Origin: Macrostomum lignano
Lineage: Eukaryota
Length of the DNA stretch: 64,000 bases
Reading direction: 5' to 3'
Assembly (NCBI GenBank): GCA_002269645.1
Contig: NIVC01001138.1
Coordinates: forward strand, 62,001 to 126,000
Part shown: piece after piece, positions 58,533 through 64,000 of the stretch
How the letters are laid out: every line of letters begins with the position of its first letter
Position numbering within the stretch: position 1 is the first letter of the stretch
Notes under the pieces: model-generated
The model's input: only the letters and a program-made list of their open reading frames with translations
Databases searched by the model: none
Told to the model about the DNA's origin: nothing
Made by a program: the position numbers and the translations under genes

Positions 58533-61500
58533 TCATCGACTCGCTCTTGTGCGGAATTTCAAGATCAGAAAGCACAGGCCGCGCAGAATGACAAAGAACA
58601 TGCACAGCACGATGAAGTCCACGTAGATCTTGGCTCCGTCCGCGCTGAAGAACTTCAAAAAGAAGTCCGGATCGCTGAGACAGGGAGCCAGACTCTCTGA
58701 AGAGTCGGCGCTGGCATCCGGGTTGCACTCGAGATGGTTGCGATTCATGCCGTAGATGATCTGCAGCACCGCTTCGAATGCGTAGCGCACGTAGGAGCAA
58801 TAGCTGAGCCACTGCAGGTACACCGGGATGGTGCTGAATGTGACAAAGAAGCCGCTGAACAGCAGGATTGGGATGGCCGTGACTGGGCCTGCGACCGGGT
58901 GGGGGGGGCGCCGTGACTCACTGCCACATCAGTGACTCAGTGTTTTATCAGTATCTTATCAGTGACTCAGTGTTTTCTTATCAGTGACTCAGTGTTTTCT
59001 TATCAGTGACTCAGTGTTTTCTTATCAGTGACTCAGTGTCTTATCAGTGACTTAGTGTCTTATCAGTGACTCAGTGTTTTCTTATCAGTGACTCAGTGTT
59101 TTCTTATCAGTGACTCAGTGTCTTATCAGTGACTCAGTGTTTTCTTATCAGTGACTCAGTGTTTTCTTATCAGTGACTCAGTGTTTTCTTATCAGTGACT
59201 CAGTGTTTTCTTATCAGTGACTCAGTGTCTTATCAGTGACTCAGTGTCTTATCAGTGACTCAGTGTTTTCTTATCAGTGACTCAGTGTTTTCTTATCAGT
59301 GACTCAGTGTTTTCTTATCAGTGACTCAGTGTTTTCTTATCAGTGACTCAGTGTCTTATCAGTGACTCAGTGTCTTATCAGTGACTCAGTGTTTTCTTAT
59401 CAGTGACTCAGTGTCTTATCAGTGACTCAGTGCCTTATCAATGACTCAGTGCCACATCAGTGACTCAGTGTTTTATCAGTGTCTTATCAGTGACTCAGTG
59501 TTTTCTTATCAGTGACTCAGTGTTTTATCAGTGTCTTATCAGTGACTCAGTGTTTTCTTATCAGTGACTCAGTGTCTTATGTATGACTCAGTGTCTTATG
59601 TATGACTCAGTGTCTCATCAGTGACTCAGTGTTTTCTTATCAGTGACTCAGTGTTTTCTTATCAGTGACTCAGTGTTTTCTTATCAGTGACTCAGTGTTT
59701 TCTTATCAGTGACTCAGTGTCTTATCAGTGACTCAGTGTCTTATCAGTCACTCAGTGTTTTCTTATCAGTGACTCAGTGTTTTCTTATCAGTGACTCAGT
59801 GTTTTCTTATCAGTGATCAGTGTTTTCTTATCAGTGACTCAGTGTCTTATCAGTGACTCAGTGTCTTATCAGTGACTCAGTGCCTTATCAATGACTCAGT
59901 GCCACATCAGTGACTCAGTGTTTTATCAGTGTCTTATCAGTGACTCAGTGTTTTCTTATCAGTGACTCAGTGTTTTCTTATCAGTGACTCAGTGTCTTCT
60001 TATCAGTGACTCAGTGCCTTATCAATGACTCAGTGCCACATCAGTGACTCAGTGTTTTATCAGTGTCTTATCAGTGACTCAGTGTTTTCTTATCAGTGAC
60101 TCAGTGTTTTCTTATCAGTGACTCAGTGTTTTCTTATCAGTGACTCAGTGTCTTCTTATCAGTGACTCAGTGTCTTATGTATGACTCAGTGTCTTATGTA
60201 TGACTCAGTGTCTCATCAGTGACTTAGTGAATTAGTGCCTCATCTGTGACTCATTAATTTCTCATCAGTGTCTCATGTCTCTCACTGTCTCAATCACATT
60301 CTCTGTATCGCACTCTTAAAATCTTACTTACCAATCTTAACTCCTCAATCTCAATCTCTCAAATCTCACAGAATCTCACTCGCCCAAATCTCACCCAGGA
60401 AGATGGCTGATTCCAGATTCGTAGCCGCCCCAATCAGCAGGCCGAAGCTCTGCGCCACCAAGCTGGTCTGCACGCAGATGGTCAGAAATAGAAAGTAGCG
60501 CATGAACTCCAGCGGCTGGGCGGTCATGAAGTACACGATGGTGCCATAGATGACTGGAAAGATCACTTGAAATGGCAGATCGGCGAGTGTCTTGGCCAAG
60601 TAGTAGGCCTTCACGCTGTACCAATAGTTCAGGTGTTCACGCAGGAATATGTTCATCTCCATCGGAACTGCAGGTTTGGGGGAAATGTTTATTGCTAGGA
60701 CTCTTTGGTGCGGCAATTTATAGATCAAAGGAAATGAGGGAGGGTAAAGGGGTGGTGGCATTTGAAAAAAGATCAAAGTAAATAGAGAAGGTAGAGGAGT
60801 GCCGGCATTTGATAAGAGATCAAAGGAAATAGAGAAGTGTAGAGGTGGTGGCGGCAATTGACAAAGGATCAAAGGAAATAGCTATGGGGAAGGTAGAGAG
60901 AGTGGCGGCATTTGTTAAAAGATCAAAGGGAATAGCTAGGGGGAGGTAGAGAGAGTGGCGGCATTTGTTAAAAGATCAAAGGGAATAGCTAGGGGGAGGT
61001 AGAGAGAGTGGCGGCATTTGATAAAAGATCAAAGGAAATAGGAGAGAGAGTAAAGAGTGGCGGTATTTGATAAAAGATCAAAAAAAATTGGAGAGGTTAG
61101 AGGAAGTGGCGACATTTAATGAGAGGTCAAAGGAAACAGTTCGTAGCAGAAGAAGGGTAATGGGAATAGCGGAAATTTGTAAAAGATCAAAGGAAATAGC
61201 TAGGGGGAGGGTAAAGGCAGTGGCGGAAATTTGTAAAAGATCAAAGGAAATAGCTAGGGGGAGGGTAAAGGCAGTGGCGGCAATTTATAAAAGATCAAAG
61301 GAAATAGCTAGGGGGAGGGTAAAGGCAGTGGCGGCAATTTATAAAAGATCAAAGGAAATAGCTAGGGGGAGGGTAAAGGCAGTGGCGGCAATTTGTAAAA
61401 GATCAAAGGAAATAGCTAGGGGGAGGGTAAAGGCAGTGGCGGCAATTTATAAAAGATCAAAGGAAATAGCTAGGGGGAGGGTAAAGGCAGTGGCGGCAAT

Positions 61501-63709
61501 TTATAAAAGATCAAAGGAAATAGCTAGGGGAAGGGTAAAGGCAGTGGCGGCAGTTTATAAAAGATCAAAAGAAACAGGGGAAGAGAAAAATAAAACAAAA
61601 AATCTGTCTATTAAAACTCACAGGTGAGAACGGTGGGCATCAGAGCTGTGAACATGAGAAACAGCATACAGAAGAACAGACAGCCCGCATTCGATTGCAC
61701 TTTTAATCCGTCGTTTCCGATTTTAAAGTACAGCATGCCGATCAAGAGGCCAACGGAGACGTGGCTGAGCAGCCGGAGACGAGTCAGTTGCTAGGGAAAT
61801 CGGGATTGGGAGAAAATTCAATGCGATTTATATGCGATAAATACTATTAGTACGTAGAAATAATATCTTATCTAATCATTGTTCTCACCGTGTCACGAAT
61901 GATTGACAGGAAGGTGCGAACGTACAGCACTCGAAATTGATTGAGGGTGCCTGTGCTAAAATGTCCGGTGCGGCTGTCGTCCTGGAAGTATGGCAATCAA
62001 TAATTTGTTCGAAAATCGGTGTTTGAGAGGTCAAAGTGCTTTCACAGAACTTCTATCTTTATCATTATTACAAACAACACGAAACGCAATCTGAAACTAT
62101 TGTAGAAACTAAGGTTGTGCACATCTGAGAGGCTGCTGGCCCAGCAACTGCGGATCTGGAAGGCTGGCTCAGCAGCTGAGGATCTGGGAGGCTGGTGGCC
62201 CAGCAACTGCGGATCTGGGAGGCTGGCTCAGCAACTGAGGATCTGGGAGGCTGGTGGCACAGCAACTGAGGATCTGGGAGGCTGTCCCAGCAGCTGAGGA
62301 TCTGGGAGGCTGGTGGCACAGCAACTGAGGATCTGGGAGGCTGGCCCAGCAACTGAGGATCTGGGAGGCTGGCTCAGCAACTGAGGATCTGGGAGGCTGG
62401 TGGCACAGCAACTGAGGATCTGGGAGGCTGGCCCAGCAACTGAGGATCTGGGAGGCTGGCCCAGCAACTGAGGATCTGGGAGGCTGGCTCAGCAACTGAG
62501 GATCTGGGAGGCTGGTGGCACAGCAACTGAGGATCTGGGAGGCTGGCCCAGCAACTGAGGATCTGGGAGGCTGGCCCAGCAACTGAGGATCTGGGAGGCT
62601 GGCTCAGCAACTGAGGATCTGGGAGGCTGGTGGCCCGGCAACTGAGGATCTGGGAGGCTGATGGCCCAGCAACTGAGGATCTATGAGGCTGGTGGCCCAG
62701 CAACTGAGGATCTGGAAGGCTGACAAAGCAACTGCGGACGTGGGGGGGGGGTTGGCCCAGAAATGGAAGATCTGGGAGGCTGGTGGCCCAGCAACTGAGG
62801 GAAAAAGTAAGTCGTATATACTAAAAATAGTTTGTCGATAGGAACTAAAATGCATCATTATAACTAAAATCGCGAAGCAAAAGCTTAGCAACAACTAAAA
62901 AATATCATGGCATGGATATCTGATTGAGCAACAACAAACCGATTACGTGTAAAGAAATAATCGTATTATTCATAGGAGAAGACTATAGTATAACAAATTA
63001 AGGCTAAATAAAAACTTACCTTGACGGAGCTCTCGTTTGCCTAACGTGATATTTTCGTAAGAAAATGTATATCAAACTTTTATAATAAGAGGTTATGTGA
63101 ATTACTCTACTTGGTAAGTAGCCAAGCAGCAAATATTATAGCCTAAATTTGCAAAGGATCGTAGAACTTACATTCGAATCTGAATCATTGTTGGCCAGCG
63201 ATTGGTCGGGATTTTTGTTAGAATTTGCCGACGAACTTGATGACGACGTAGCGGATGCGTTGTCGGCCAGAATCGCAGCGTCGGCTTTCTCCTTAGCAAC
63301 CGCAGATTTGTAGGCCCGCATAAACTCGGCGCATTGGCCAGAGCGAACCGCCTCAGCGAGAGCGGACACCATGCACTCGCCTTTCTGCTGATCGCCGTCC
63401 GTCGTAGCCGAATCTTCGCCGGCATCGCCAACTGGAGTCGTTGAATCATCGCCGCAGACGGCCTCCATGAAATAGTCGGTGGGATTGTGATAGCTGGGAC
63501 AGACGAAGCCGCGAGAGGCCAGGTATGGCACCACGGCACCTGCCGGCCCGTTGTACAGGCAGCGACCTTTGGCTACGAAGTACAGCTGGTCGAACATCTC
63601 GAACAGCTTGGCGCTGGGCTGGTGGATGGTGCACACGATGGTTCGGCCGCCGAGTGCCAGCTCTTTCAGCAGGCTGACGCACTGGAAGCAGGAGGCGCTG
63701 TCCAGGCCG
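58533..63709 (-). CDS. ABCG1: ABCG1/ABCG4-like (White family) ABC half-transporter, 3' portion; 5' exons lie beyond the window
   Basis: Exons 63172-63709 ([26 protein letters not shown]), probable microexon 63020-63040, 61889-61981 ([16 protein letters not shown]), 61622-61790 ([25 protein letters not shown]), 60395-60667 ([18 protein letters not shown]), 58533-58888 ([29 protein letters not shown]). Phases are consistent. Confidence 0.93.
58915..60250. repeat. 19/22-bp minisatellite (ATCAGTGACTCAGTGTTTTCTT) in the last ABCG intron
   Basis: Tandem units. Confidence 0.97.
60720..61580. repeat. ~54-bp minisatellite in an ABCG intron
   Basis: AAAGATCAAAGGAAATAGCTAGGGGGAGGGTAAAGGCAGTGGCGGCAATTTATA; source of ORF 61067..61627. 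Confidence 0.93.
62125..62790. repeat. 28/31-bp minisatellite (CAGCAACTGAGGATCTGGGAGGCTGGCC) in an ABCG intron
   Basis: Tandem units. Confidence 0.95.
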
Positions 63710-63849
63710 CTGCGTGGGGTAGGTTGAGGGCCGATTGTCTATAGAGTTTTGCGTTCATTTCGACTGATTTCTCTTAATCTCTAAATCTCTAAATCCCTCT
63801 TTTTTCTGTCTCAATCTCCCTCGTGCTTCCTTGTCTTTCTCCCTCTCCG

Positions 63850-64000
63850 TTTCTCTTCTCTCTCCGTCTCCCTCTCTGCCCTCCCTCTCCCTGTCTTTCC
63901 CCCTCCCTCTCCCTGTCTTTCCCCCTCCCTCTCCCTGTCTTTCCCCCTCCCTCTCCCTGTCTTTCCCCCTCCCTCTCCCTGTCTTTCCCCCTCCCTCTCC
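63850..64000. repeat. 22-bp CT-rich tandem repeat in an ABCG intron, cut by window end
   Basis: CCCTCTCCCTGTCTTTCCCCCT units. Confidence 0.9.

Overview
Animal genomic DNA: spliceosomal GT-AG introns, TTAGGG tract, very heavy minisatellite load. The style resembles a free-living flatworm such as Macrostomum (inference only). Host genes rebuilt by phase-checked splicing: (1) a 7-exon ARHGAP32/33-like PX-SH3-RhoGAP gene (minus, 1843-9774); (2) a 4-exon LKAAEAR1-like gene (plus, 18419-20189) largely missed by the ORF track; (3) three paralogous minus-strand genes for secreted PAN/Apple-like + ALK/LTK-type glycine-rich proteins, namely a pseudogene (22476-24560), an intact copy whose third intron is inflated to 12,971 bp by two LTR retroelements (26714-41373), and an intact compact copy (52762-54580); (4) the 3' part of an ABCG1/4-like half transporter (minus, 58533-63709). 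Mobile DNA includes a young full-length Ty3/Gypsy element (27279-36212; ~820-bp LTRs, CAGA TSD, tRNA-Lys-type PBS), a decayed second Gypsy, two solo LTRs, a Mutator-like element with 9-bp TSD, hAT-type MITEs, two CORE-type tRNA SINEs and a broken piggyBac transposase. Standout: the young Gypsy element carries, between integrase and the 3' LTR, an intact intronless 327-aa ORF starting with a complete HPD-containing J-domain (Hsp40/DnaJ co-chaperone), followed by an acidic linker with a SUMO-interaction-like motif. Nearly all long ORFs in the supplied track outside these genes are translations of tandem repeats. All alignments were made by eye and no database searches were run.
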